Part shown: positions 1 through 9,829 of the stretch, in pieces
How the letters are laid out: every line of letters starts with the position of its first letter
How positions within the stretch are numbered: position 1 is the stretch's first letter
Origin: a virus
Lineage: Duplodnaviria > Caudoviricetes
Strand: one strand, 5' to 3'
Virus record (IMG/VR): IMGVR_UViG_3300032295_002704
Coordinates: 1-62,894 of that record
DNA length: 62,894 nt
Notes under the pieces: generated by a model
Told to the model about the DNA's origin: nothing
The model's input: the letters and a program-made list of their open reading frames with translations, nothing else
The model's database searches: none
Made by a program: the position numbers and the translations under genes

Positions 1-111
1 GTTAGTGCCTATGAAAAGATTAACCAAATCCTGTATATGATTAACAATGGATTAAAAGAACCAATTAACGTCGAGAAATTTGAAGAAGACGATGAAGGAA
101 CAGAGTCATGA
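1..111 (+). CDS. Partial hypothetical protein (3' end)
   Basis: Frame 1 is open from base 1 (VSAYEKINQILY...EEDDEGTES*) to TGA at 109-111, overlapping the next ATG (ATGA). Confidence 0.55.
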   Translation, partial: VSAYEKINQILYMINNGLKEPINVEKFEEDDEGTES

Positions 112-332
112 TTATAACCCACCAGACAACGAATGACGGTTTTGTAACAATGTGTTGGAGATACTTGGAAAACCCAAGTATTGTTGATGATGACACAGAT
201 TTTCAAATGGTAAATCCATATTGGGAGCTTGTTGCCTTGCAACAAGTAGAGCCGTCAGAAACTATATTCATAGTTGACAAAAAAGAAATTACCAGTGGCG
301 AACGAGTAGAACTCTATGAATTTAGCATGTAA
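108..332 (+). CDS. Hypothetical protein
   Basis: 74-aa ORF coupled to its neighbours, AAGGA SD upstream. Confidence 0.6.
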   Translation: MIITHQTTNDGFVTMCWRYLENPSIVDDDTDFQMVNPYWELVALQQVEPSETIFIVDKKEITSGERVELYEFSM

Positions 333-663
333 TGATATGTTTGGAGAACTGATCAAACCGGGTGATACCGTTTGGTCTTTAGAAGTTAACCAAGAGTTTG
401 AAATAAACATTTATCAGTGGCTACTTGAGCAAGTACACGGCCCTATGTCTGTTTCCGTCATATTTACTGATGGAAAAGAAAAGCGAAGAAGTGTCAAAAG
501 CACAAGAATATTGGCAAAAGATAAAAGTCGTCTTGTAAATTATATGATAGATAATTTAAACAAGCAAAAAACCAAGTACGAAGAAAATTTGCAAAAATTA
601 GAATCAATTTTGGAACAAAACGAAATTGCAATTGCAATTAACAATACAGAAGAGGAAATATGA
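316..663 (+). CDS. Hypothetical phage protein with C-terminal coiled coil
   Basis: 115 aa; N-terminal DMFGELIKPGDTV motif common in small phage proteins. Confidence 0.65.
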   Translation: MNLACNDMFGELIKPGDTVWSLEVNQEFEINIYQWLLEQVHGPMSVSVIFTDGKEKRRSVKSTRILAKDKSRLVNYMIDNLNKQKTKYEENLQKLESILEQNEIAIAINNTEEEI

Positions 664-1343
664 ACAATCGCGTTTTTATCGTGACAGATACCGAGACTAC
701 GGGTACTGATCCCTCATTGGGTCATGAAATTACCCAGTTGTCGGCCATAGCCTTAAATCCAATTACATTGGAAGAGCACCATGTTGGGCGATTCAACATG
801 TTCATTAAGCCAAAGAATCCCGAAAGGGCCGACCCTAAAGCAATTCAAATTGCTAAAAAGGCATATGATACCGCAATGCGGGAGGGGCTTGACACCAAGA
901 CCGTTCTAACGCGGTATCATGATTGGGTGCAGAAATCCAACCCCAGTGGTAAAGCCATGACTTTGCCTCTGTTCACGGGTTTTAATGCTGGCTTTGACTG
1001 GGACATGATTAGCTATTACATGTACAAGGAAGGGGTTTGGAAAACTAAGGAAGATTCGCCCTTTGCCGGTATGAAATACGATGTTTGGCAGTCTTGTTTT
1101 AACATCTTTGAAAGCTGCCCCGATACCAAGTTAATGAATTTGGGAGCAATGCTTGAGAAGTTTGGCTTGCAGCGGGCAACTAACGATCACGACGCTCTTG
1201 AAGATATTGTACTCACCTGTAACTTACTCCGTAGAATTCAATTCTTTAACAGACGTAACCGAACCAAAATGAAGTTACTTTCTACCGAAGAAAGTCTTGA
1301 ACTAATGAAGAAAGAAATTACCGAACAAAAGCGATATGAATAA
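660..1343 (+). CDS. DEDDh 3'-5' exonuclease (DnaQ/Pol III epsilon-like)
   Basis: ExoI TDTETTG, ExoII FNAGFDW, ExoIII HDALED motifs. Confidence 0.88.
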   Translation: MNNRVFIVTDTETTGTDPSLGHEITQLSAIALNPITLEEHHVGRFNMFIKPKNPERADPKAIQIAKKAYDTAMREGLDTKTVLTRYHDWVQKSNPSGKAMTLPLFTGFNAGFDWDMISYYMYKEGVWKTKEDSPFAGMKYDVWQSCFNIFESCPDTKLMNLGAMLEKFGLQRATNDHDALEDIVLTCNLLRRIQFFNRRNRTKMKLLSTEESLELMKKEITEQKRYE

Positions 1344-1857
1344 CAACAATAACAAAAAAGACTACAGATTTGACCACAGAACAAAAGAAGAGTTTGCTGC
1401 CGACATTGCCAAGTTTACGGCCATTGAAAAAGAATTAATGATTGACTATGTCAACTGGTTAAATTCTAAATTAAAAGACAAAACTCAAAAATACATTTAT
1501 TATGACAATGGCATTGACAATAGCGGTAAATACTTGGAAAGTGACGAAGTAGATTCCCGACCAGACTTTATTCTATTGACTCCTTCTGGCAAGAGCCGTC
1601 TTATTGAGATTAAGTTCTCAAGAAATGAACACGACAAGTTTCATATCAAGCTCACTCACGTAAAGCGGTGTATCGCCGAAGACATTTGCCTTGTGATGTG
1701 GATGGCGACAGAGACACCCAACAAAAGATTCTGTATCCTGACACCTGAAAAATTGCGAATACTGGCACAGGACTTGGATAGAATCGTTAAGTTCAAGCCA
1801 TGGGGCTACAAAGAGTGCCTTAGAATTACCGATAAGGATGTTGATTGGAACAAGTAA
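1336..1857 (+). CDS. PD-(D/E)XK nuclease-fold protein
   Basis: RPDFILL...LIEIK catalytic pattern. Confidence 0.6.
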   Translation: MNNNNNKKDYRFDHRTKEEFAADIAKFTAIEKELMIDYVNWLNSKLKDKTQKYIYYDNGIDNSGKYLESDEVDSRPDFILLTPSGKSRLIEIKFSRNEHDKFHIKLTHVKRCIAEDICLVMWMATETPNKRFCILTPEKLRILAQDLDRIVKFKPWGYKECLRITDKDVDWNK

Positions 1858-3431
1858 GTCTTAAAAACATCTCGTTAAATGACCAGAAAACATGGAGTTT
1901 GTTCCACGAAGGTAGAACCCGTGGCGTTTTCCAATGTGAAAGTAAACTTGTGCAGCACTGGCTTAAAAAGATTAAGCCAGTTAATCTATGGGAACTGTCA
2001 GCGGTAATTGCAATTGTACGTCCCGGTGCCCTTGAATCCGGCTTCGCAGAAATGTATGTTGAAAACAAAAGCAAAGACGAGAGTGAGATTGAGTCTTTTG
2101 GTCACCCCGTTATTGACGAAGTCTTTGCGGTTAACAACCACGTTCTTCTTTATCAAGAAAATTTGATTAGTTTGGCTCGTAAACTCGCGTGGCCTCATCT
2201 TCCAGAGAATGAAAACCTTCTTAAGGCCGATTTGCTCCGCAAAGCGGTAGGTAAAAAGGATCAGGCCAAAATTCTTGCTATTGGTAAAGAATTCGTTGAA
2301 GGCTGCTTGCAAAACGGAGTTACCCAAGAGGTTGCCGACAAGCTCTTTGAAGTCATCAAGAATTGCGGAAGATATCTTTTCAATCTAAGTCACAGTTTTC
2401 AATACGCTACTGTTGCGTACTTTACCGCCTATTTGAAGGTCCATCACACATTACAATTCTACAGTGTCTACCAGTCATACGCAAAGCATAAGCAGTCTAT
2501 CAAAAGAAACGGTAAGGAAATTGGTTCTAAGTTCATTGAAATCAAAGAACTAGCAAACGATGCCAAAAAGATGGGCATTACCCTCGTTGGCCCTAACATT
2601 AACTACAAAAACCAGCATTTTAAAATTGCTGATTTTAACGGTACAGAATTACTATATGGGCTAACGTCGATTAAGTGGTGTACCAGTCTGGGTACCAAGT
2701 TAGATAATTTCCCCAATATTACCAATTGGCAACAGTTCTTGCTGCTTACACAAAGCAAGCACTATGGGTTTACTATTAACAAGACCTGTGCCGAATCCCT
2801 TGTTCGTGTTGGGGCATTCAAGGATGTGGGTTTAAACCGTTCGCTTCTCATTAATCTATCAAACTTTTATAGATTCTTTACCGACACAGAGTTACAAGAT
2901 TTTAATGTTTGGCTGGTAAACAACAAAGATGCTAAAATTGACATTAAAGATCTGGCGGGTATTGTCAAGGAAAAGATTGAGGGGCATGTCACATCTCGTA
3001 GAATAGAAAAAGTGAAAGAACACTTTATGCTATGGGAACAAGACATTAAGGTCGAAGATCACCCAGCAGCCATTGAAGAATGGGAAATTGACCTGCTTGG
3101 CATAGCCATTTCTGCCTCAGCCTTGGATACCAAGGAATATAGCACGCACACCTGCGATGAATGCACGCCAGAAATTAATGAAAAGTGGGCACGTAAAGTG
3201 CTACATGTCAAGCTCAATGCGATCAAGTTTACACAGACTAAAACAGGCCAAAATCCCGGTCAAAGGATGGCTATTCTCGATGTGAGTGACTACACGGGCA
3301 CTCAACAATTTCCAGTGTTCCCAGAGCAATTCACTCTCTACGAAGAATTACTAATGGAAGGAAATACAGTTAAACTACTAGTCGTCAACGGGAAGAAAGG
3401 ATTTTTTGTTGAAGAAATCGAACAGCTTTAA
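1845..3431 (+). CDS. dnaE: DNA polymerase III alpha, C-terminal half only (fingers, HhH, OB fold)
   Basis: GVFQCES, AIVRPG, LLYQE, ADLLRKAVGKK, YLFNLSHS..Y..VAY.TAYLK and C-terminal MA...V.D.TG..VFP..F motifs; PHP domain and catalytic Asp motifs absent. Confidence 0.9.
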   Translation: MEQVSLKNISLNDQKTWSLFHEGRTRGVFQCESKLVQHWLKKIKPVNLWELSAVIAIVRPGALESGFAEMYVENKSKDESEIESFGHPVIDEVFAVNNHVLLYQENLISLARKLAWPHLPENENLLKADLLRKAVGKKDQAKILAIGKEFVEGCLQNGVTQEVADKLFEVIKNCGRYLFNLSHSFQYATVAYFTAYLKVHHTLQFYSVYQSYAKHKQSIKRNGKEIGSKFIEIKELANDAKKMGITLVGPNINYKNQHFKIADFNGTELLYGLTSIKWCTSLGTKLDNFPNITNWQQFLLLTQSKHYGFTINKTCAESLVRVGAFKDVGLNRSLLINLSNFYRFFTDTELQDFNVWLVNNKDAKIDIKDLAGIVKEKIEGHVTSRRIEKVKEHFMLWEQDIKVEDHPAAIEEWEIDLLGIAISASALDTKEYSTHTCDECTPEINEKWARKVLHVKLNAIKFTQTKTGQNPGQRMAILDVSDYTGTQQFPVFPEQFTLYEELLMEGNTVKLLVVNGKKGFFVEEIEQL

Positions 3432-3915
3432 AGAACAAAACCTGCAAATCCGTAAGATTTTAGAAGACAACAACTACTACATTAAGTATAACTTTGACAC
3501 TAAAAAGGAAGAAGCCACCGTCTTCGTCAGCTTCACTAAAAAAGAATACAAAATTAGTTACAATAGGGAAATAGGTCTTGTTTACTGTAACTGGCTAAAA
3601 GCTCCTATATTCTGCCCCGAGTCTTACAGAGTGCCGGGGACAATTCACATGATCGTTCACAAGATTTGTGAGCAAAGCCGATATCCGTTTCATAGAGTCA
3701 TCTATGTAATAGACACTTATAAATACGTGAATGAACTTCGTTTCTTGATGCCAGAAATGAAAGATGAGAATTTAGCATATAAAGCTCTAAATTTTTACGA
3801 ATTATGCGAAGAAGTCAGTCGATACGGTATTCAATTGGATAAACTAACTGATCAAAAGAAAGCGGACATAGTATACCTCTTAGAAAACTTCTATGATTTT
3901 AACTTCACTGTCTGA
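3406..3915 (+). CDS. Hypothetical protein
   Basis: 169-aa ORF in operon. Confidence 0.6.
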   Translation: MLKKSNSFKEQNLQIRKILEDNNYYIKYNFDTKKEEATVFVSFTKKEYKISYNREIGLVYCNWLKAPIFCPESYRVPGTIHMIVHKICEQSRYPFHRVIYVIDTYKYVNELRFLMPEMKDENLAYKALNFYELCEEVSRYGIQLDKLTDQKKADIVYLLENFYDFNFTV

Positions 3916-4363
3916 ACAAGACAAACACATAATTAAAAACTTGTCCTTAAGATTTAAACATAAGTATCCACACTCATACAACGAAGTTGACGACTTAATA
4001 CAAGAATGTTATTTGCAATTTGACTACATTAAAACAAAACACGATGATTCCAAGTCTAATTGGAATAATTTTCTGACAAGTTGCTTGTGGAATCACCTTA
4101 ACAAACTTTGTATGTCAACCAGTTCTCCCCTGTCTTTAAGACCCCAAACTGCCAAAAACGCACTTAAAAAGATGGGGAATGTCTTCAACAGAGAACCTTT
4201 GGCAGAATTGCCCCGGAGTATACCTATTGATACCTTTATTGATCTATCAGAAAAAGAACGGGATCTGTTAAACAAATTTTCGTTTAGAAGAAATGAGAAT
4301 ACTAAGTTAAAAAAGCGTCACAAGAAAATCATAAAGCAAATAAAGGAAAAATTAAGTGAGTAA
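3893..4363 (+). CDS. Sigma70-like factor (region 2, short C-terminus)
   Basis: EVDDLIQECYLQF...HDDSKSNWNNFLTSCLWNHL resembles sigma region 2. Confidence 0.6.
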   Translation: MILTSLSEQDKHIIKNLSLRFKHKYPHSYNEVDDLIQECYLQFDYIKTKHDDSKSNWNNFLTSCLWNHLNKLCMSTSSPLSLRPQTAKNALKKMGNVFNREPLAELPRSIPIDTFIDLSEKERDLLNKFSFRRNENTKLKKRHKKIIKQIKEKLSE

Positions 4364-6032
4364 GCGTAAACCAAACGTTTTGATTGTCGGCGAATATTCT
4401 CAGTTTAATACTGGCTTTGCCACGTATTTCTATTATTTGCTTCCAAAACTATTTAAAACCGACAAATACAATTTAGCGGAATTAGCCGTCTATCTACACC
4501 CAATGCATCCCAAGATGGAAGAAACTCCATGGATGGTTTATCCAAACGAACCTTCTCCAAGGGATCCAGAAGAGGTACATCGGTCATATCAATCAGACCC
4601 AATTAACCAATTTGGTAAATTCCGTTTTAATCAAGTCTGCTTGGATTTTAAGCCAGACATTGTCATTAACATTGCAGACCCTTGGATGGCATCATGGATC
4701 AATGAATCTCCGTACCGTAAATTCTTTCACTACATTCACATGCCAACCGTTGACGGGCAGGTGCAAAAAGCAGAGTGGGTTGAAGACTATGCCAAGTGCG
4801 ACAGCCTTTTCACTTACAGTGAATTCGGTAAGTACACTGTTGAAACCCAAAGTGGTGGCAAAATTAAGGTTTCTGCGGTGGCAAGCCCAGCAGCAGACAC
4901 CACCGTGTTTAAGCCTTCGGAAAACAAAGAACAAGTAAAAGCTGCCCTTGGTTTACCAACCAATTCGGTAATTGTACAAACAGTTATGCGTAATCAACCA
5001 CGCAAACTTTTCCCAGAAATACTAAAAACATTTAACATCTTGCTACGCAAGATGGAAGAAAACGGAGAATCTACAGACAATGTCTATCTGCACTTTCATA
5101 CTAGCAATCCGGATATGGGCTGGGACTTGCCAGCGGAAGTTAAAAACCACGGACTTAGCCACAAAGTATTCTTTACGTACATGTGCGACCACTGCGGGTT
5201 AATCAAGTGTTTCCGCTATCGTCAAGATAAAACCGTATGCCCAGCCTGTGGTAATTCATCACTAAGATTACCGAATACTTCGGCTGGCTGCACCAGAGAG
5301 CAATTAGCCTACATTATGTCGGCTGCTGATGTCTATTTACAGTACAGCATTTGCGAAGGCTTTGGTATGCCCATTGTTGACGCTAAAGCCTGTGGAGTGC
5401 CCACAGTGGTCGTCAACTACTCAGCCATGGCTGAACTCGGTACAGAAGAGTCTGGTGGCTGCCAAGTGCCCCTACTTAAGTTGTGGCAAGAACCGGCGAC
5501 CAACACCAACCAGTTGCGGGCTGTCCCTGACAACGATGCCTGTGCCAATATCTTGTACCGTTTAACAACTGACACTGCGTGGCGGGAATACCTTAGTAAA
5601 AACGCTCGTCAGTGGGCATTAAAGTATTACAATTGGGATAGAACTGCTAACATTTGGGAAAACCACATCGACTCGATTGAAATCGAAGAAAATCCAAAGT
5701 GGTACACCCCGGTTAACCTGTTACAGCCAATGGGTGAAGCACCTCAACAAGTAGATGATCCTGCTCACTTTGTGGGATGGGTATGCCAAAACGTCTTCAA
5801 GAATCCTCAAATGTTTTACTCTAATGAGGTTAAAAATTGGATAACATGGCTCAACCAAGGATTCCTCGTCAATCAAGACCAACACGGACGTAAGTACACT
5901 CAACAATTCGGAATCCGGGAGTTTTGTAATCTTGTTAACAACAGGATTCAACACCACAATCATTATGAAATGTTGCGTCATAACACCATGAATCCTGTTG
6001 AGAGAAAACCAAAGATTGGAGTTACTTTATGA
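4356..6032 (+). CDS. GT-B glycosyltransferase (GT4-like) with zinc-ribbon insertion
   Basis: RNQPRK, YLHFHT, ADVYLQYSICEGFGMPIVDAKACGVP; CDHCG...CPACG insert. Confidence 0.88.
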   Translation: MSKRKPNVLIVGEYSQFNTGFATYFYYLLPKLFKTDKYNLAELAVYLHPMHPKMEETPWMVYPNEPSPRDPEEVHRSYQSDPINQFGKFRFNQVCLDFKPDIVINIADPWMASWINESPYRKFFHYIHMPTVDGQVQKAEWVEDYAKCDSLFTYSEFGKYTVETQSGGKIKVSAVASPAADTTVFKPSENKEQVKAALGLPTNSVIVQTVMRNQPRKLFPEILKTFNILLRKMEENGESTDNVYLHFHTSNPDMGWDLPAEVKNHGLSHKVFFTYMCDHCGLIKCFRYRQDKTVCPACGNSSLRLPNTSAGCTREQLAYIMSAADVYLQYSICEGFGMPIVDAKACGVPTVVVNYSAMAELGTEESGGCQVPLLKLWQEPATNTNQLRAVPDNDACANILYRLTTDTAWREYLSKNARQWALKYYNWDRTANIWENHIDSIEIEENPKWYTPVNLLQPMGEAPQQVDDPAHFVGWVCQNVFKNPQMFYSNEVKNWITWLNQGFLVNQDQHGRKYTQQFGIREFCNLVNNRIQHHNHYEMLRHNTMNPVERKPKIGVTL

Positions 6033-7186
6033 AGACAATCCTATACATAGCCCCCATCTACGACGGTACTGGTTATGCTCACATGGCTAATAGCACAATA
6101 TTGGCTTTGGATGCTGCTGGTTATCACGTAGTGGTTAGACAGGTCAAACTTTGCGGACAAGTCGTACAACCTCCCGACAGAGTCAAGGCTTTGGAACAAC
6201 GGCCTCTGCCAGAGAAAATTGATATCGTGGTACAAAACGTATTGCCACCAATGATGACTCGGTACGAGGGTGCCAAGAATATTGGTTACTTTTATTGCGA
6301 AACCTCAAACTTTAAAGCAAGTAATTGGCAATACTGGCTCAATCTCATGGATGAGGTTTGGGTATGTGCCGGAGGTAATCGCGATGCTTGCATTGAATCC
6401 GGAGTTACCGTCCCGGTAAATGTGGTTCATGCCCCGATTACCAAAGACTTTAAGGGTGTTCCGCCTCTAAACCTTGAAACCAATAAGATTGGGCCAAACA
6501 CGGTAGTGTTCTATAACATTGGTGACTTTTCGTACCGAAAGGGTATGGAAGACCTTATCAAGGTTTACTTGCAGACTTTCAATGAAAATTCAGATGTCCA
6601 CCTTGTACTGAAAACCTACGTCGATTCCGTTTCGCCAGAAGAATCATTCAGGATCATTAAGGACTCTATCGACCGGATTAAGCGAAACATCAGAACAAAC
6701 GTAGATGGTTACTGGCCAGCAATTACCATTATTCCCGGCTATGTTGGTGAAGAAACCATCGACCAGTTACATGTGCTTGGCGACTGTTATGTAAGTATGG
6801 AGCGAGGGGCTGCGTGGAATATTCCATTCTTTGAGGCTCTTAGTTGTGGCAACAGAGCGATTGTTGGCGAGTCACATGGTCCAATGGAAATTACCAGTCT
6901 TAACTTCTACAATGATCACGGAATGACCGAAGTAATTGAAAAAGCCAGTAGCACGCCGGTATTTGGCATGGAAAGATGCTCATATCCGGGTCTATACACC
7001 GGTAATGAAGAGTGGTCGGCTTTCAACGAAACAGACTTTATGAAGCGTATAGATGACGTTTACTACGAAGTTAATGACAACAAACAAAAGGGAGTTCATC
7101 AAAAGTATGTTCATCCATGGTTTAAAGCAAGTTTCCTCATGGAAAATGTTGCAAAGAGAATGCGAGACATTATAGATGCAAAATAA
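6029..7186 (+). CDS. GT-B glycosyltransferase (GT4-like)
   Basis: TGYA, FYNIG...RKG, DCYVSMERGAAWNIPFFEALSCG. Confidence 0.85.
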   Translation: MKTILYIAPIYDGTGYAHMANSTILALDAAGYHVVVRQVKLCGQVVQPPDRVKALEQRPLPEKIDIVVQNVLPPMMTRYEGAKNIGYFYCETSNFKASNWQYWLNLMDEVWVCAGGNRDACIESGVTVPVNVVHAPITKDFKGVPPLNLETNKIGPNTVVFYNIGDFSYRKGMEDLIKVYLQTFNENSDVHLVLKTYVDSVSPEESFRIIKDSIDRIKRNIRTNVDGYWPAITIIPGYVGEETIDQLHVLGDCYVSMERGAAWNIPFFEALSCGNRAIVGESHGPMEITSLNFYNDHGMTEVIEKASSTPVFGMERCSYPGLYTGNEEWSAFNETDFMKRIDDVYYEVNDNKQKGVHQKYVHPWFKASFLMENVAKRMRDIIDAK

Positions 7187-8171
7187 ACTATCTGCTATTC
7201 TAAATAGAATTGGCATTAAAGATCGTAAGTTACGTGTTCTTACTATGCCAACACACGAGGGTTACCAGTCCCTCTTGGATAAAACCGGCCATACTTTTTA
7301 CATGTTGACTGGTCCCCAAATTAAGGGATGGGATCATCATACTAGGGTATTACCACCTAATCACTTTCTATTACCACATGACTCCAAAAACGGCAACTGC
7401 CTAATGCCACCTTCATTTGATTTGGTGTTGTGTCAAAATAGGCAATACTTTGATCTGATGAATAGAATTGCCAATGATTTTGGCGTACCTATTCTAACAT
7501 TAGATCACACAGAACCGCCACCCAACATGAAACCTTCACAAAGAGAGGGTTGGATGAATGCCCGTGCCAGCACCGCTGTCTACATTACAAATCATAATCG
7601 CATTACCTGTGGTGGTAAAGATACTGACATAGTCATTCCACACGGCATCGACACCGATATTTTTAACGGTTACACCGGCGAAAACAAAGAAGTCATTTCT
7701 GTGGTAAACCACTACAAGGCAAGAGAAGTATTCTGTGGATATTCAATTTGGGAGAAAATAACTAAGTTAGGTGTTCCTACGAAAGTTGTTGGCGACAACC
7801 CCGGCTGGACACAATCGATCAACAATTCTGTAGAGTTAGCCCAAACTCTTGCACGGGCAAGAGTGTATCTCAACACTAGTTTGTACTCGCCAGTCCCTCT
7901 TTCGATGTTGGAAGCAATGAGCGTGGGTTTGCCTGTCGTCAGTACTGCCTGTCAGGAAGTACCCAGAATCATCAAGCATGGCGTAAATGGTTATTTGAGC
8001 AACGATCCAGTCGAATTGGCAGAATACTGCACTGCATTACTTAATAATCCGGAGCACGCCAAGTTAATGGGTGAAAATGCTAGAAAGACCATTTTGGAAA
8101 AATTTAGCCTGAATCAGTTTGTTAACAATTGGAACAATGTATTATACCAAACAGTGGAGAATTACCGTTGA
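7176..8171 (+). CDS. GT-B glycosyltransferase (GT4-like)
   Basis: IPHGIDT, YLNTS...PLSMLEAMSVGLPVVST...HGVNGYL. Confidence 0.9.
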   Translation: MQNKLSAILNRIGIKDRKLRVLTMPTHEGYQSLLDKTGHTFYMLTGPQIKGWDHHTRVLPPNHFLLPHDSKNGNCLMPPSFDLVLCQNRQYFDLMNRIANDFGVPILTLDHTEPPPNMKPSQREGWMNARASTAVYITNHNRITCGGKDTDIVIPHGIDTDIFNGYTGENKEVISVVNHYKAREVFCGYSIWEKITKLGVPTKVVGDNPGWTQSINNSVELAQTLARARVYLNTSLYSPVPLSMLEAMSVGLPVVSTACQEVPRIIKHGVNGYLSNDPVELAEYCTALLNNPEHAKLMGENARKTILEKFSLNQFVNNWNNVLYQTVENYR

Positions 8172-8584
8172 AAACCGTTCACTTTGTAAATAAAAACACG
8201 CCTCAAAACGAAAAGTCAAACATTACTTTTTGTACAACTGCCTTGCAATTTGCTAAAGAAGTCGAAAACGCACAGAGCGTACAGTTAGACTATGTCTTAG
8301 AAACTAACTTTGATTGGAAACAAGTTCCCGGATACCTCAAGTTTGTCTTTGACAAGATGGCTCTGGGCGGGGAATTGGTAATTAACTGCGATGACACCGG
8401 CATGTTACTTAACTTGGCTTCAAACCGTCAAGTGGATATTGAAGCACTTAACGGTAGGCTCGTAGGTAAAAAGTGCTATTTGACATTGCCATATCTTCGT
8501 AAGGTTTTGGAAGAGGTTGGTTTTAGACCTGTCAGTTTCACTTATATGCAGAATTGCACAATGTGCATTAAGGTGCAGAAATAA
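8168..8584 (+). CDS. Degenerate class I methyltransferase-like protein
   Basis: LKFVFDKMALGGELVI and LRKVLEEVGF resemble the C-terminal half of Methyltransf_11; no glycine SAM loop; TTG start at 8168 overlaps the upstream stop. Confidence 0.45.
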   Translation: MKTVHFVNKNTPQNEKSNITFCTTALQFAKEVENAQSVQLDYVLETNFDWKQVPGYLKFVFDKMALGGELVINCDDTGMLLNLASNRQVDIEALNGRLVGKKCYLTLPYLRKVLEEVGFRPVSFTYMQNCTMCIKVQK

Positions 8585-9282
8585 TGTTTATTACCGCAAT
8601 TATCCCAAATTTTAACCAAGGCAAGTTTATTCACTTCGCTTTGCAAAGTTTGGAAAACCAAACTATCAAGCCAGATGAAATCATTGTTGTCGATGACAAA
8701 TCGACGGATAACTCTGTCGAGTTAATTGAAAAGGCTCTTAAGAATGTGCGGATACCGCATCGTTTTATCAAACGCGAAACGAATGGCTATCCGGCTGCTG
8801 CCAAAAATTCAGCCTTGAAAGTCCTCAATAAAGAAACTGACATTATCGCTTTTTTGGATGCTGACGATTGGTATGAACCTGCCAAGATTGAAGAGTCACT
8901 TAAAATTTTCACTGGTTACCCCGAAATAGGACTTGTCTACAGTGACTACTACATGGTTGACAAAACCGGTCAACGCAAGTTAGAACCTAAATTCGCGTAC
9001 AATGTCCAACACCTGTGGCAGCAATGTATTGTAAGTACGAACTCGCTCGTCAAAGCAAGCGTGATTGAGCAAGTAGGTCTTTTTGACGAAAGAAAAGACT
9101 ACAAAGGTGTCTTTGAAGACTACAACCTTTGGCTGAGAATTAGCAAAAGATTCCCCATGTATCACATCGCAAAACCCCTGTTTACCTACAGAGTACACGG
9201 GGAAAACATTACGCTACGAGAAGGTCAAAATATGATTCCTCGTTTGCCCGAACTTATTAAGGAGACTTATCTTCATGGATAA
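8584..9282 (+). CDS. GT-A glycosyltransferase family 2
   Basis: IIPNFNQ, VDDKSTD, AFLDADD, EDYNLWLR, YRVHGEN. Confidence 0.92.
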   Translation: MFITAIIPNFNQGKFIHFALQSLENQTIKPDEIIVVDDKSTDNSVELIEKALKNVRIPHRFIKRETNGYPAAAKNSALKVLNKETDIIAFLDADDWYEPAKIEESLKIFTGYPEIGLVYSDYYMVDKTGQRKLEPKFAYNVQHLWQQCIVSTNSLVKASVIEQVGLFDERKDYKGVFEDYNLWLRISKRFPMYHIAKPLFTYRVHGENITLREGQNMIPRLPELIKETYLHG

Positions 9283-9829
9283 TCTACAACATGCCCCGGC
9301 AACGGTAAATGCGGGTAGTCACAACGTATATGGTGCTTTTGGCAATCCGCAAAGCCTTTATTTCGTTTTGCAACGCATTAATCAATCGCAGATCGCCCAT
9401 AATTTAATGCACAAAGCCCAAACATGGCGGAAAAGTGACATCAGCATATATTCTGTAGGAAATGAATTACCTTTTATTCCTAACACGAATTTAGCAATTT
9501 ATCCGGCTTCTTCGATTAACACCCACCTTACCGGCACACTGATTGCCACCTGTCCAGAAACTTTAAAACTCGTCCATGAAGCTGTAACCCCTGCTACAAA
9601 GGCGTTTTACATGTACGATGTGGCGTGGATGAACTTTGCCGAGAATAATTGGCTCATTGACCTAGTGAGTGATATAATTCCGCACATGCACTGTGTCATG
9701 TTTAGAAGTTATGAGCATGCCCAGTTTGCTACCAACAAGCTAAAATGCACTGGATATACATATACTTCTGTTGGAGATTTCAATCTCTCAATAATGCACG
9801 ATTTTATCTATAGAGGAAAAAATGGCTAA
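9275..9829 (+). CDS. Hypothetical protein (possible degenerate GT-B half domain)
   Basis: 184 aa within the glycan cluster; LIAT...KAFYMYD pattern. Confidence 0.45.
   Translation: MDNLQHAPATVNAGSHNVYGAFGNPQSLYFVLQRINQSQIAHNLMHKAQTWRKSDISIYSVGNELPFIPNTNLAIYPASSINTHLTGTLIATCPETLKLVHEAVTPATKAFYMYDVAWMNFAENNWLIDLVSDIIPHMHCVMFRSYEHAQFATNKLKCTGYTYTSVGDFNLSIMHDFIYRGKNG

Noticed and set aside
1845-3431. DnaE pseudogene or split-intein fragment
   Set aside because: ORF is intact with conserved motifs to the C-terminus, and no intein splice-junction motif is visible
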